A stretch of 63,713 bases of DNA, filler included, from Octopus bimaculoides (Eukaryota): assembly GCF_001194135.2 (NCBI RefSeq). It is 4 parts of 3 records of this genome, joined end to end, with 100 filler letters (N's around TTAATTAATTAA, not from the genome) between each part and the next. Parts side by side here need not be neighbours in the genome. Positions count along the whole stretch, not along the records: positions 1 to 27,046 come from NC_068982.1; 3 more parts are not named here. One strand, 5' to 3'. The stretch's first letter is position 1. Every line of letters begins with the position of its first letter. The notes under the pieces are model-generated. The model was not told the DNA's origin. It made no database searches and saw only the letters and a program-made list of their open reading frames with translations. Position numbers and translations under genes: made by a program. Positions 1 through 13,870 of this stretch are shown in pieces.

Positions 1-80
1 ACACACACACACACACACACACACGCATACATATATATATACATATATATATACACATACATATGTGCGTGTGTATGTAT
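1..80. repeat. (CA)n/(TA)n/(TG) compound microsatellite
   Basis: Dinucleotide runs directly visible. Confidence 0.95.
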
Positions 81-1025
81 GTGTCTATGATAGTATATAA
101 CCTGATACAGATTTTCACGTGTGATTTTGTTTCAAGGCTCTTATGTATGCTTATACCATCAATCTGAAATATTAGGTGTTACCAAATATTCAGTTAGCAT
201 TGTATCCTACAATTGCTTTGACTGAATATTTGTCCTCATTTGTTGAGACAATACATTATACAGTTTGTACTCGGTTAGTGTATAAATGGAGGTCACGACG
301 CTTGAAATAAAACTTGCATTTGGATGCAAGACAAAGACTGAGTACAGATGACAAGTAATGCTACACTTCATCAACTACACCCAGCTAGCCTTAAGAAATA
401 AAATATAAAAAATGCATTACGCTCAACGCCCAGTAGTTATGATATAGATTTTAAAAAGAAGTCAGAGATTACACCTTGCCGACAGATATATCTTAGATAT
501 ATGTATATTCTTTATATATTTCCCCACAAAATTCAAATCATGCCGCTATGTTAATCAGATCAAAACTTGCGAATTTTAGGTTCCCACGAATTGCAGATGT
601 ATGAAACAAAATTTTCATTAATGCATGTCTACAGGGGAATATTTATTTAAAGTTTTCATTCACTTTTTATATTAGCTCTAGCGTCTATGAAGTAAATGCA
701 ACATTCGAACATTAGGATAGTTGTACAGAAATAATTCTTATATATGTTTGGTTACGGTTCCTCTTTTGATAATGCTAAACTTTATTAGATTTTTAAAAAA
801 TATTTTTATTTTTTCCTTTTGTAGAATCTGGTTGTTTTCAAGGTAGAAAGAAGAAAATCTTCTCCTGCTCTCACTTTTGTAATAGTCGGAAGATATGAAG
901 CTCATATTAGTATTTTTGCTCTTGATATGTTTAATGTCATCATAAACTATTTTTCGAAAGAGAGTTTCATATAAAATAGCAATAAGTTTGTATCACTGAC
1001 AAATTTTAAATAGATTACAAGATTG

Positions 1026-1100
1026 TATGTATGTATGTATGTATGCATGTATGTATGTATGTATGTATGTATGTATGTATGTATGTATGTATGTATGTAT
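1026..1100. repeat. (TATG)n microsatellite
   Basis: About 18 tandem TATG units. Confidence 0.95.
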
Positions 1101-2713
1101 TGTGTTTACCAGAATAATTGTTTTCCCAGTTGTATGAGCCCCAACGAAAATGATACCATTCTGAAAAGCAACTTAAAAATCAATTAAGATAATCTCACAT
1201 CTAAATTCAATCAAAATTGACTCAATTGCTATACTGTGTATTTATAATAGAATTATAGCTAGATAATCACATTTCCTAATTGATAATGGACCGATAATAT
1301 GTAGGATATACTAATGCAACAGTACCTATATAACTTTTGCTTAACACAAAGGGAACTAACTCAAAATGTCGAATGATACAAAGAAAGAGAGAAAGAGAGA
1401 CAAACCGAGAGAGAAACCTAGAGAGAAACCGAGAGAGAAAGAGAAAGTTCCAATTCCGACATGTTCGGCTTTGCCTTTCAATCTTTAGGAGTCGATAAAA
1501 TAATGCCAATTGAGTACTGTTGTCAATGTAGTCGACATGATCCCTTCACAGAAATGTCTGGCCCTTTGCCAATATTTCAAACCAATATTTGTAAAAATAC
1601 TCTTACAAGTACAGTAATATAATTAAATAAAATTAAGTATAGTGTCTATATAAGTTCATGAATTTAGTCTTTCCCTTGTTATTGAAAAAGCGTCATGGTG
1701 GGGGATCTTAAGTAGGTTAGACGAACATGTCAACCTGAGTAACATTGTATAAGATTTAAAACTCTCTTGTTCGTTTATAATTACAACGATTAACATGGAA
1801 GGAGTAAAGTTAACGTTATCTTATGTTTCAATTTGTAATTCAATTCCAATATTTTGAAAAGAGAGTACCATTGTAAAACATGTTTGGAGATATATTTTCT
1901 CAATTTATTCAGTGCATCTTGCATAAGCTTCATAATAATAATTATATAAGAAATTATATAACAAAATTAAATAAACTACAATATATATATATATATATAT
2001 ATATATANNNNNNNNNNNNNNNNNNNNNNNNNNNNNNNNNNNNNNNNNNNNNNNNNNNNNNNNNNNNNNNNNNNNNNNNNNNNNNNNNNNNNNNNNNNNN
2101 NNNNNNNNNNNNNNNNNNNNNNNNNNNNNNNNNNNNNNNNNNNNNNNNNNNNNNNNNNNNNNNNNNNNNNNNNNNNNNNNNNNNNNNNNNNNNNNNNNNN
2201 NNNNNNNNNNNNNNNNNNNNNNNNNNNNNNNNNNNNNNNNNNNNNNNNNNNNNNNNNNNNNNNNNNNNNNNNNNNNNNNNNNNNNNNNNNNNNNNNNNNN
2301 NNNNNNNNNNNNNNNNNNNNNNNNNNNNNNNNNNNNNNNNNNNNNNNNNNNNNNNNNNNNNNNNNNNNNNNNNNNNNNNNNNNNNNNNNNNNNNNNNNNN
2401 NNNNNNNNNNNNNNNNNNNNNNNNNNNNNNNNNNNNNNNNNNNNNNNNNNNNNNNNNNNNNNNNNNNNNNNNNNNNNNNNNNNNNNNNNNNNNNNNNNNN
2501 NNNNNNNNNNNNNNNNNNNNNNNNNNNNNNNNNNNNNNNNNNNNNNNNNNNNNNNNNNNNNNNNNNNNNNNNNNNNNNNNNNNNNNNNNNNNNNNNNNNN
2601 NNNNNNNNNNNNNNNNNNNNNNNNNNNNNNNNNNNNNNNNNNNNNNNNNNNNNNNNNNNNNNNNNNNNNNNNNNNNNNNNNNNNNNNNNNNNNNNNNNNN
2701 NNNNNNNNNNNNN

Positions 2714-3200
2714 GTCTGTGTGAGTGTGTAGTGTTGGTGAGAAGTGTGTGTGCGTGTGTGTGTGTATGTGGGTGTGTGTATGTGTGTGTGTATGTGTGTG
2801 GATGTGCGTGTGTGTGTGGGATTGTGAGTGTTAGGTACGGGTGTGTGTGTGTTTATGTGTGTCTGTATATGTGTGTCCGTGTGCGTGTGTGTGCGCGTGC
2901 GTGTATATTTATATTGTGTATGTTTTCGTGCGTGCGTGTGTGTTGTGTATGTGAGAGGTGTGTGTGCGTGTGTGCATGTGTGTATATGTGTATGTGTGTT
3001 NNNNNNNNNNAGGTGTGTGTGCGTGTGTGCATGTGTGTATATGTGTATGTGTGTTGTGTATGTGTGCGTGCGTGTGTGGTTTTGTGTATGTGAGAGGTGT
3101 GTGTGCGTGTGTGTATGTGTGTGTTTATGCGTGTGTGCGTGCGTATGTGTGTCAGAGCGTAAGGATGTGTGCCAGGTATGTGTGTTATTTTGTGTGTGCA
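2714..3200. repeat. Degenerate (TG)-rich simple repeat
   Basis: TG/TGCG/TATG-rich tract. The His/Thr- and Cys/Val-rich ORFs here are translations of the repeat. Confidence 0.9.
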
Positions 3201-4487
3201 ATGGATTTCGGAAGGCGCTATGTTATCGACAAACATAACTACTGCGCTCAGATGTCAAAGAAATTACTTGATGCTATAGTGAAAGTTTCTTTATCTTAAT
3301 AAAGAAATGACTAAGTATTTTTTCGTATGTAACTCTGTGTTATTGGGTAAAGATAACCTTTCATATAATATGTCAGAAGTCATATTACATTTCTTTGATC
3401 AATAGTGGATAATAAGTAACTAAAAGATACGGACGCAACAGTCAAATCTAGCGTACAATGCTAAATAGGCGTACATACTTAACGTTGATATACGTCTAAC
3501 ATGAGCATATGTATACATGCAATCACATGGATTTGTATCTATACAAACACACACATATATATATATATANNNNNNNNNNNNNNNNNNNNNNNNNNNNNNN
3601 NNNNNNNNNNNNNNNNNNNNNNNNNNNNNNNNNNNNNNNNNNNNNNNNNNNNNNNNNNNNNNNNNNNNNNNNNNNNNNNNNNNNNNNNNNNNNNNNNNNN
3701 NNNNNNNNNNNNNNNNNNNNNNNNNNNNNNNNNNNNNNNNNNNNNNNNNNNNNNNNNNNNNNNNNNNNNNNNNNNNNNNNNNNNNNNNNNNNNNNNNNNN
3801 NNNNNNNNNNNNNNNNNNNNNNNNNNNNNNNNNNNNNNNNNNNNNNNNNNNNNNNNNNNNNNNNNNNNNNNNNNNNNNNNNNNNNNNNNNNNNNNNNNNN
3901 NNNNNNNNNNNNNNNNNNNNNNNNNNNNNNNNNNNNNNNNNNNNNNNNNNNNNNNNNNNNNNNNNNNNNNNNNNNNNNNNNNNNNNNNNNNNNNNNNNNN
4001 NNNNNNNNNNNNNNNNNNNNNNNNNNNNNNNNNNNNNNNNNNNNNNNNNNNNNNNNNNNNNNNNNNNNNNNNNNNNNNNNNNNNNNNNNNNNNNNNNNNN
4101 NNNNNNNNNNNNNNNNNNNNNNNNNNNNNNNNNNNNNNNNNNNNNNNNNNNNNNNNNNNNNNNNNNNNNNNNNNNNNNNNNNNNNNNNNNNNNNNNNNNN
4201 NNNNNNNNNNNNNNNNNNNNNNCTATGAAATGCACGCGTGCAGCAGTCTACGTTGCGGTCAACACAAACTGATTCAATGCATTTACACCTATTTGTTTAG
4301 AACGAGAAATTTTCTCCGTGACAAAATACAGTGGATGTCTTTCTTACGAGTTCGAATATGCCTCAAGCACAAGTTTTCATTTGTACAAACCACTGCTTAA
4401 CGGTTTCCTTCCGTATTATAGTTAGGGCAAGCCGCTTACTAGCGCAGCCGGTCATTTTATGATGACTCCAATATGAAACAAGTGTAG

Positions 4488-4720
4488 GGCGGCGAGCTGG
4501 CAGAATCGTTAGCACGTCAGGCGAAATGCTTAGCGGTATTTGGTCTGCCGTTACGTTCTGAGTTCAAATTCCGCTGAGGTTGATTTTGCCTTTCATTCAT
4601 TCGGGGTCGATTAACTAAATACCAGTTAAACACTGGGGTCGATGCAATCGACTTAATCCCTTTGTCTGTCCTTGTTTCTCCCTTCTATGTTTAGCCCCCT
4701 GTGGGCAATAATAAAATAAG
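4488..4720 (+). mobile_element. tRNA-derived SINE (family 1; head GGCGGCGAGCTGGCAGAATCGTTAGC)
   Basis: A-box-like GAGCTGGCAGAATCG and B-box-like GAGTTCAAATTCC, then a body that recurs at 27310, 27576, 35708 (rc), 61422 (rc) and 61646 (rc). A-rich 3' end. Confidence 0.9.
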
Positions 4721-5248
4721 AGTGATATAGCTCTCTTGTCGATTCTCAGTTTCTGCTTTTCCGGTTTCTAGTGGTGAGGCGAGAGAAACCACTGTGTGTG
4801 TGTGTGTTTATGTGTGTATGCATGTAATATATATTGTATATGACTAGTTAGTTCCTTTGCGAACCTTAAATGCATTCAATGTAGACAAATATCTTTCTAT
4901 GTCGTTTGATATAAATTCCTGATTTTGTGACACATTTTCTTATTCCTTTCTGTCGTTTTTACGTAATCCCCTCATCACTCGATCTGTTTACCCTTCCGTC
5001 TAGAGGCCTACTACATTCTTGTTATTTCCTTAAACTTGTCTTCTCATTTACACCCTAACAGCTTAATACGCTGACATCTCCAAAATTGAACAATATCAGA
5101 TGATGTCGGATTATTGAATTTCGGTCAATAATTAATGAGGTAATGAACATGTCAACGTTTATTGTGCTTGTCTCATGCTTTTCGGTATGTCTCATTGCCA
5201 ACCTCGAGCGACACATTTTCTTATTTTTGCTGTTGTTGTTGATGTTAA

Positions 5249-5330
5249 GACGCCGAGCTGGCTGAATCGTTCTCACGCTGGCAAAATATTCAGCGGTATT
5301 TCTTGTATCTAGAATTTTCAGAGCAACTAC
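5249..5330 (+). mobile_element. Degenerate 5' fragment of SINE family 1
   Basis: gacgccgagctggctgaatcgtt...cagcggtatttc aligns by eye to the head of the 4488 copy. Confidence 0.6.
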
Positions 5331-7446
5331 ACCTGCACATTGAATACTACCTATGTGTATTTTTACACCTAAAAATAAAATACTTCTCATGAAATACAGT
5401 TTTAAAAGAATTATGCATTAAGATATGTCTTCATTAACATCTGATCAACATATATTTTTGAAAATAACCGTGTGTTACTAGATTTTCTTGCGCATGTAAC
5501 TTCTGGCTTCTATCCAAGTCACATTGGAACAATTGAAAACCGTTCTATATAACAATGAAGATATCAAAGTAATATATGTTTGCTGATAGGTGACTAGTAT
5601 TGCCACTCTCCAATATTGCACTCTCCAGATTTCACCCAGATACGATAATTTTAAAATCTACTTTACGTGATCGCTCGTCTATCCTCCCTCAAAGAGCAAT
5701 AGATATTTTGGACGTTCTAAGCATATTGTTTCTAGCTAAAATGATGTAGAGTAGTCAGGAATGAATTCAAAAATATATCTGACGTTGTGCTACACAATGT
5801 TAAAACAAAACTTTTATGACGATATCAATTATAGTATATAGTTTTATATATTTTTCTGCGGCTTGGATAGTGCTGTGTTTATTAGATACAGTTATGTGGA
5901 TTATGCTATAAGGACATAATTCGTTAGACTACGAACTCATGAACAGACTGGAGATAGGAAAAGCATCATATCATAATCTGCAGCATTACTTGCAATCCTT
6001 ACCTAACACATATGTCACTGCTTTTTCTCCATTCGCAGTGTTGTGATCTTTTAGAAATAACATTTAGAAGTCATAATCAAGCATTTCTCAAAATCTTATA
6101 TTTGAAATCAGAAATCCCATAATGAGAACATAAAACATATATTACTTGGCATCTGTTATTTAGGTTTCTGCTGCACAAGGATTTAAGAGATTCCACCTAC
6201 TGCTTCATAGAAGAGAGTGAATTAACTTTGGACTTTCTAGGCGCTCATTATTGAGCTATGTGTTAAATGTTTAAAATTGATAAAACTTTCATGATCAATA
6301 TTCTGTATAGATCATCAAGACTGAATATTGTAAGAACGAAAAACTAAATATTCAGCATCGTTAGCTATTGAAATTAAATTAAATAGGAAATTGCAAGGTA
6401 TTAATATTTTTCCAATGCTGTAATGTTGTGGAGTTGAAAGCAGCGCTACTTCATAGATGATATGTATATTTTTCCTCGTTCAAACGATAATCTAACGATA
6501 TAACGGACGCTACGCTTGTTCCAGTGAGAGAGATCGAAGGTAGATGAAAGAGGCGCCTTTGATCACTTACACAAATGCTACATATCTGCTCTGTCAATGC
6601 GCACTCGAATCATTAATTATGTTCAAATAAACTACTATCTGAAAGTTATATAAAGACGAATGGGAAACAGGAATATGCACGCATAAGTGCAATAATTCAT
6701 TGCACCATAAATAGAAATTAAATAACACATGTAGAACTACGATATATTTTTATATTAAGTTGTGTTTTATAATATTACCAGATTTCGTTTGCAGGATATG
6801 TATATTAAATAATTTCACAGCAAACTGTAAAATCACAAGTTTTCAAAATTTTCGAGCGTATTGGAAGATCATAGAAAGGACAATATTAGAAGTTTAAGCT
6901 TGTTATAAATGAAATGTAGTCATTTTGCTGAAAATAATTATTTTGTCGTTTATATTCCTTACGATATTCAATCTGAGCGCTTTAGACTAATGAGTAAAAT
7001 TATGCGAAGCTGACCTTAACAAAGGTCGATCAGAACTTGCGCAGATATGCATCATGTGCTTATTAAGGAGTAAATAGACAACATATATCATTAATAGACA
7101 GAACAAAACCCCGTTTAATGTAGTAAAATTCCTAGTGTTTCAAAGAAAAGACTATTAGTCAAATGATAACATTTGGGGCAAAAAGTTAAGGGTAATATAT
7201 CTTTTCTATTGAATTAAGAAATGTTTTACATCACGCAGTGCGATGAGAGGTGAATGATATTCTGTGAGAATATTGGTGGCATATTTAAGAATGGACTTCC
7301 ACAAATACTAGTCGACAGAAACGTATGTATGTTTGAGACAATATGCATTTATATTTATAGTTTACAAAAGGAAGAAATCTAAACTTGAGAATCCTATGCA
7401 AATGATGATGAGGAAAGGCAAACATACAAAAAGAAGCAAGAAGCAA

Positions 7447-8434
7447 GTACAAGGTTACATTGTTCCATAGATTGAGGAAAACCAATCAACTACCCTATCA
7501 AGTGATTAGATTATTGACAAACGTAACATTACCAATGCTGACAAACAAATAGACAATTGGCTGAGGTCAATTGAATGACAAGGCTTCCAGGATGAGCAGG
7601 AGGTGAAGATCTCGGTTCTTTCCATTTCCAACAATGGTGGAAGGCAAATACCAAGGAAAAGGTTGACATGATTCAGGCAAAAGAACGACCCAGGTGTAAG
7701 AAAATAGAATGTCAAGAGCAGTGCAGTTTGTGTCTCAGGGAGCCTTTATCAATTGTAACTTCTTCAAGGCGTAGATCCCGTCGATATATCTATGGAGGAT
7801 AGAAACTTTCCGAGTCTCCTTCCTGCAACGAGTGAGGCATGGCATCCTCCTAAAACTTCGAAACCAGCACAGACATGGCATGAGTGTGAACCAATTGTGT
7901 GGGCATTGATGTGAATGAGAGAACTCTCGTACTCATCAATTCAGGGTGTAAAATCTCATTCACCCAGACGAGATACAGATGGTGCTATGAGAAGTATTCC
8001 ACAACACTCTCTCGCATCTCTGTGTATAAAATACACAAGAGGCACCAACAGCAGGGAAAAATAACATCATCAAATAAGTTCGTGCGAAAAGAAGAATAGC
8101 CGTTGTAGAGCAAGATCAACGATAAAATTTATGACAAAATACATATCATTGAATGTGAAAGTGGACCTAAGTTATAGGCATCGATTTCCCCACTTCCCTT
8201 ACACGAACTGAGTTTTATGATCTAGGAAGGAAAAGAAGATAAATTTAATCAAAATCACAGTCCTGCAGGAAGAAGGGTGCAATGAAGCATTAAAAGGGTG
8301 TTGTGCCAAGTACACAAAATATTAGTAGAATTGCAAGGAGAAGCGAAAGAAGGCACAGGTGTAACCAATCTAGAGTGACTGTAATGAATGCAAGCTCAAC
8401 CGGTGCGGGTATACTTGCAGATACTAGAATACAT

Positions 8435-8485
<51 letters not shown>

Positions 8486-8690
8486 GTAGCTGTATGCAGA
8501 GTAGGAGAGACAGCAGAAAGTTTGTCTTACAACTAATGGTGCAACATTAAGGCGATGATATGTGGTGATGTGACCACCACTGCCGACCAACTGAAAGAGG
8601 AGTGTTACAGTTCAAGTTTAAAATACTCAGGGCACAGGTTAATGATATCGATTCCTCCTGGTCAAAGTTAAAGATACGTTCACCAAAGCC
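7447..8690 (+). mobile_element. Decayed Hero-like (R2-group, restriction-like endonuclease) non-LTR retrotransposon, 3' part
   Basis: Frameshifted fragments in the expected order: IDNWLRSIE*QGF, FHFQQWWKANTKEKVDMIQA, RMSRAVQFVSQGAF, LWRIETFRVSFL, INSGCKISFTQTRYRW (zinc knuckle / RH region), VKVDLSYRHRFP, KKINLIKITVLQEEGCNEA, AVCRVGETAE, then a 3' UTR. Many stops. Clade assigned from recalled Hero motifs. Confidence 0.75.
8436..8482. repeat. (GA)n microsatellite inside the Hero endonuclease region
   Basis: Pure GA run with LINE-like coding sequence on both sides. Confidence 0.95.
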
Positions 8691-8737
8691 AGGAATAAGA
8701 AGCATCGTTTACTTTTCGATGCAGTCACTCTTTCATA

Positions 8738-9660
8738 TACGAGTTTATTGACTAGTTATATGTAATAAAAAATAACGTATTTACCTAAGCTTTAAAATTA
8801 TCTCCTCGTAAATTGTTATTTTACGCAGCAATACATCAGTCTCAGCGTTCCTGCCACTTTTGGAATCCAGTCAGGGAGTCCTTTTCCGTAAACGAGTCGT
8901 GGACCTTCTACGATTCGCTCTAGATCTCATCAACTGTTTTAAAACAGCTCTGTCGTGCCTTTTTGGGATGTGGAAACTGCTGCTTGGTTTCATATTCGTA
9001 CTCGTAAACCGAACACTTGTCAGCGCTGATGATCCCCGACATCAAGGATAGGTCATCAGCGGCATGTTGACTGAGATTTGACTTCGACACGATGTTCTTT
9101 CTCTTCTGTGGTCAGGAATCAGGGGACAAACTAGGCAGAGAAAGCTATATGATCAATTCAAACGTTAGGATTGCTTGCACGAACCCATACGACAGACCAA
9201 CACATCAGCTACATTGTTGATTGTTCTCCGACGATCCTCATGCACACGCTGAATATTGTTCTCCACATTACCGGAGGTGAAGCTCCTGCCACTTCTTCCA
9301 GATCGTTCATGTTTTCCAGGGACATTCTTCCGCTTTTGAAGCGTCTGCGCTTCTTAAAACATTACGTACGGCCCATTACCTCGTCAACGTAAGTTTGCCA
9401 AAGCATGCTCAATGTCTCTGTAGCAGACTTCTAAAGTTTAATGCAAAGTTTCATCTTGGCTCTTTGTTATATTTTCCCGCCCATAACAAAATCACAGATT
9501 ACAGCATATACGTGATCAAAAAAACTCAAATTTTACAACTTGCGAAGTAAACACAACCTCATGAAGGTCACTGTCAGCATTCTCAACGCACGCAACCGTG
9601 TGATGCCATCTTTTGGTGCACTACAAAACTAGTCCGGGAACTTTTTTGATACCACACTCA
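8738..9660 (-). mobile_element. Internally deleted mariner transposon
   Basis: Minus-strand relic peptides RRFKSGRMSLE, VHEDRRRTINNVAD, LSYGFVQAILT, IISADKCSVYEYEYETKQQ (first catalytic D region), PKKARQS, then directly FQKWQER*DWCIAA. TIR-like AGTCCGGGAACTTTTTTGATACCAC at ~9631-9655 and a TACGAG...GACTAGT remnant at 8738. Confidence 0.8.
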
Positions 9661-11229
9661 CACACCTCTACAATGTTTCTAACATTTTATCATCTCATAT
9701 TTGATATGCCTTATTTGAATGAATCCCTTGTGACTATTTAAAGTAAGTAAAGAAATAACATTCTAAAAACTATTTTCCAACTTTAAAAGGACGTTTAACA
9801 TATACGTGTCGAGTGTTAATAAGAAAACATATTTTGAAGGCATTTGGTTTTGATGGCAAATAAATACTTTACATCTAAATTAAAATCTTGAAGTCTCCTA
9901 AAACGACATGCTAATAGATTACTATTGAAATGAATAATGACCTTTTCTCTTGTTTGTCTATATAAAATATTTTGGGGACGGTTGTTAACATAAATATGTT
10001 AGACTACATGAAATACCATCTGCTATACATGCACAAGAATCTCAATTTCTGGTTTACAATATACAATGATTTCTGTATATATTTTTCATATAAGTTTAAA
10101 TGCATAATCTGTGAGATATATAGAAGACATATTTCATTTTCACTCCAATGTATGGCAAGTGGCTATCGTCAGGGAAATAATATACCGGATTTATCCTATG
10201 TGCATTCAATAAATGACTGGCAAACTATGAAATATATAATTTTGGTGCGTAGATACCTTGCGTTGTTTCATTGTAATACTCTTAAATTATACAATCTAAA
10301 CTTGGCAATACACAGTAATCTACGAAGATTTAAATATAAGTGTGGAATCCTTTATGATATCGTTTTACGAATTTTTAAATCTTAACACTTGTTCTTATAA
10401 TTTGGTCTGAAAAGTGGTTGACTTGACATTACCATTCAAAACAGCGGCCACGGGAAAATCATGCTGATATTTCATAAGCTACTTTACACACGGCGCAGTT
10501 TAATGATTTGAATATTTAACCAGTTCATGGATAAAAAAGTTGAAGGCTATACTGTAACAAAAAGATGTACGTTGTTGTTTCATATAATTCCTTCGTATGG
10601 TAACAACATTACATTTTGACTCATATTGATTTTTATACATATCATAAATGTAAATGTTTCAATAATCAAGTTTGTATATATGTGGACATTCAGACTATTT
10701 AAGAGAAGCTGTTTCACTGAATTTAAAACCTATACTCTAAGAAATGAAACTGTGTAAAATAAAAGAGACTTACGTCTTGTATTTTAATACATGAGTTTTA
10801 GTCAAACCAACAATAGGGACTTAACGTAATCCAAACATGGTCGAACGAATATCCAAATTACTCTCAGAGAACACTATGAATTTTTGAATAAAAAGATTAT
10901 GTAGCTGTGATGTGAGAGAATAATGATCGAGTGCGAATAATATATAAACACCTATTCGGTTTAACTAAATATTGTCTTTTTCTATATATTTTGCTTATGT
11001 TTTACTTTAAATATATGTATAACGTAATACTTTTTCTTCCTGATTTCCCCGTCATATTTCGAGGAAAAAAACATTGCTTTGATTATTTTCAAGTTTTTTT
11101 CTTTAAAACTCGAAGATCGACAATATCAAATAGATACAAATATATCAAACGATTTGCTTGTATAAACTATTAATCATTTATTTCACTTTTTCAAAAAAAT
11201 AATATATAATGCAAAGAAACATTTGATAG

Positions 11230-11443
11230 ATTATAAATATATACAAACTTACATATATGTGTACACACACACGCACACATTCTCACAAACACACATGTAT
11301 ACATGTCTGTGTGCATATATATATATTTATGTAAGTGTGTATGTGTGTTTATGTAAGTATGTATGTACACGTACGCACATACGCACACATGTATATGTGT
11401 ATGTGTACACATACATACACATACACATATATATATGTATGTA

Positions 11444-11497
<54 letters not shown>

Positions 11498-11520
11498 ACA
11501 CATACACATAAACGCTTGGG
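11230..11520. repeat. Compound (CA)/(TA)/(TG) microsatellite
   Basis: Visible directly. Explains the overlapping low-complexity ORFs. Confidence 0.9.
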
Positions 11521-12929
11521 TGTGTGCGTGCGTATACGTCGTCCATGCTTGTGCGTCAGTGTGTGTTTATATTTATGGGTGATTTTGTGTCTGAGCAAGT
11601 GTCTATGTGACTGTGTCTGCGGTGTGTTTAGGGTGGTGAGTGTGAGTTGATGTTTCTCATCGACTTCATAAAATGTAAATGTCACATCACCAATGCAAAA
11701 TAAATTTATAATCAGCTTCAAATTAACAGCACTAAAACTTCACAGGAAACAGCAAGTTTCAAAAACGTCTCAGTCTTTTTTCATATCTCTTTAAATATAT
11801 ATAATGGTATGCAGAGATGCTAATTCTCGAACGATAAAACCCAATGTTTATGAGATGAAATAACAAACTGCTAATAATTGTATTTAGATAATACTGTCGA
11901 TTGTTTAAATTTACATCATGAAATAGGTTGAATTGTGTCTACTTGTATTACTGGTACTTAACAAATCAACAAATCTTGTACTCTTAATTAATAGAAAATT
12001 GAAAAAAAAATTATTTCGGAGGTGTAATACTTAGATTAATATCCTATTTATCCATAAGCAAATCCCAAACCGTATATCTTTTGAGACTTCTGTTTTATGT
12101 ATGTTTTCCAAACTGAATCTCTTTTACCTGATATCCGTATATCAGCTACATTTAAAACCCCGGGGTTACTTCTGAAGTAATGCCTCAGCCACTACCTGTA
12201 AATTTAATTATTAGGGATACAGTCACTTATAGCCAGCTAAATTCGAGGTTAAGAGTATTGCCCTGGTAACGGGTGAACTTCTTTTTAGAAACTCGGGCTA
12301 ACATCTATACCACGTTGAATACGCTGTTGACTACTCAAGCATTACTTTATAGCATATGTATGGACAGTCTGGCTTCTAACAATGACACATGTTATTCCTA
12401 GTTTTTGCATTCTTCGGTATAAAAAAACTTGAAGTAATCTAATCGATTTTTGCAGAGAGCATCTCATAAATATGCAGAACGAAAATTCTATAAACAATTT
12501 TTTTCTCCCATACCCATACCCATACCCATAACTGCAGGTATTAGAGCCACTACGAGCTCACTTGATCTGCTAGATGTTGTAGGCAGACATGTCACACATA
12601 TCTGACTCTTACGACTGTATGATTGTTTAATGAAAACTTCTAATCAGGCGAAGAACAACGATTGATGTGATACTAAATGGTGACCTTCCAATGTACGTAA
12701 CTTCGTGACATATCCCAAAGCATAATATTAAGGCAAATCTTTTAACATAACAGTGGTAAGACAAGGAGAAATTACGCGAAATACATTATACGCACACACA
12801 CATATACGCACACATGCACGCATGCACACACACACGTATATATGTATGCGTGTATATCTACTTACACGTTTATGTGTAAGTGTATATGTGTTATTGCGCC
12901 TCTTGATTTATTTGCTGAATCTGGAAGAC

Positions 12930-13870
12930 ATCAAAAAGCGACGAGTGTTGGAATGCACGTGAGCTGGGTGTGTAAGAGTGGTGACGATTGAAGACCAGTT
13001 AGCTCCGCGAAACAGACGCCATTTAATTGCCATAGTAAAGACAGTGTGCCTGTGGGTCAGAAACTGGATCCTTCATCTAAGTTATTGAATGCTAATAGAT
13101 CGAGTTAGGCTTTTCAGCATACGGTCAAGATTTCCGAATGCGTAGAAGGCACAGCTCCCGCTGTAGAAAGAGAAGTCCAGTATGTACCCCCTCTCGACCG
13201 TTTTAGAGTGTCAGCAGCGATGGGAAGCTGGAAAATATTTTGGTCTTGAAGGTAATGGTCAATATTTATGAGGCTGTCCTACCTAATCCCATGTATGCGC
13301 TTTCTTCGACAAAGGTTCTCGTTTATAAATTGTTGCAGCATTTATAGAATGTTTAGTGGTCAAACCTATAGTAATATAGTGGAGTTTAGTGGTGGTGTAC
13401 ATCAGTGTATGGTGCCTTCATATAAGTAATATCCGAGCATTTACTGCGAAGAGATGAGGTTGATACGGACACAATGAAAGAGGGGCTCAATGTTTTGGTT
13501 CATGGAATGACTTCAGATTTACAATATGATGTTTGAATGCATAGGAGGGTAAATTTATTGAGAAATGAAGGCCCCAGTGATGTTCATAATTTCTGTCGTT
13601 GTTGGATGTGAAGGCAAGTAGACCATCGATTTATAGGAGAATGATATTTGAGGACTAAAGCGTTGCCTTAAAGAATCACAAGAAACTTCTGCGAATTTGT
13701 TTACAAGAGTAGGAAAATAGAGCGCCGCAAATTTGGCGGAGATTTTCTTCCGCAAGGGAACCAACGCATGGCCTACATTTGGGCACCGATAAAATTTTGG
13801 AGCCTTGTGATTCACGAAAGCTTCATTGTATGAATAGTAGAACAGGTGACATTCACCATGTGTTGCTTGA
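12930..13870 (-). mobile_element. Highly degraded L2/Jockey/CR1-group LINE RT and 3' relic
   Basis: Minus-strand remnants in RT order: CHLFYYSYN, GHALVPLRKK (cf. WKxAxVxPIPKK), FPTLVNKFAEVSCDSLRQ (cf. YRPIxLLxxxSKxME), GLLAF, LPSYA, VNA(G), NGVCFAELTGL (cf. HGxCSxELxxL). Confidence 0.5.

Noticed and set aside
2941-3060. ~50-bp apparent tandem duplication around a 10-N gap
   Set aside because: Probably overlapping contig ends joined by a minimal gap, not a biological repeat.
2731-3299. His/Thr-rich and Cys/Val-rich ORFs (also YI-, ER-, SL-, poly-I/L/N ORFs elsewhere)
   Set aside because: Translations of (CA)/(TG)/(TA)/(GA)/(TAA) microsatellites.
1880-4400. Long ORFs containing X-runs (also at 28.2, 30.0, 33.5, 44.0, 45.2, 50.8, 52.9, 56.0 and 60.9 kb)
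   Set aside because: They are open only because N gaps contain no stop codons.
4450-4490. ATGATGA...GAAACAAGTGTA just upstream of a SINE
   Set aside because: C3 is absent, stem II is unpaired and stem I is unconvincing.
6003-6047. Possible 45-nt minus-strand micro-exon (AAG|..HNTANGEKAVTYVL..|GTAAGG)
   Set aside because: Splice-like signals are common by chance in AT-rich DNA. No homology recognised and no partner exons identified; needs RNA-seq.
10120-10180. Minus-strand CTGACGA...GAAATATGTC hammerhead-like words
   Set aside because: Stem II is poor and there is no stem I complement after the putative GUC.
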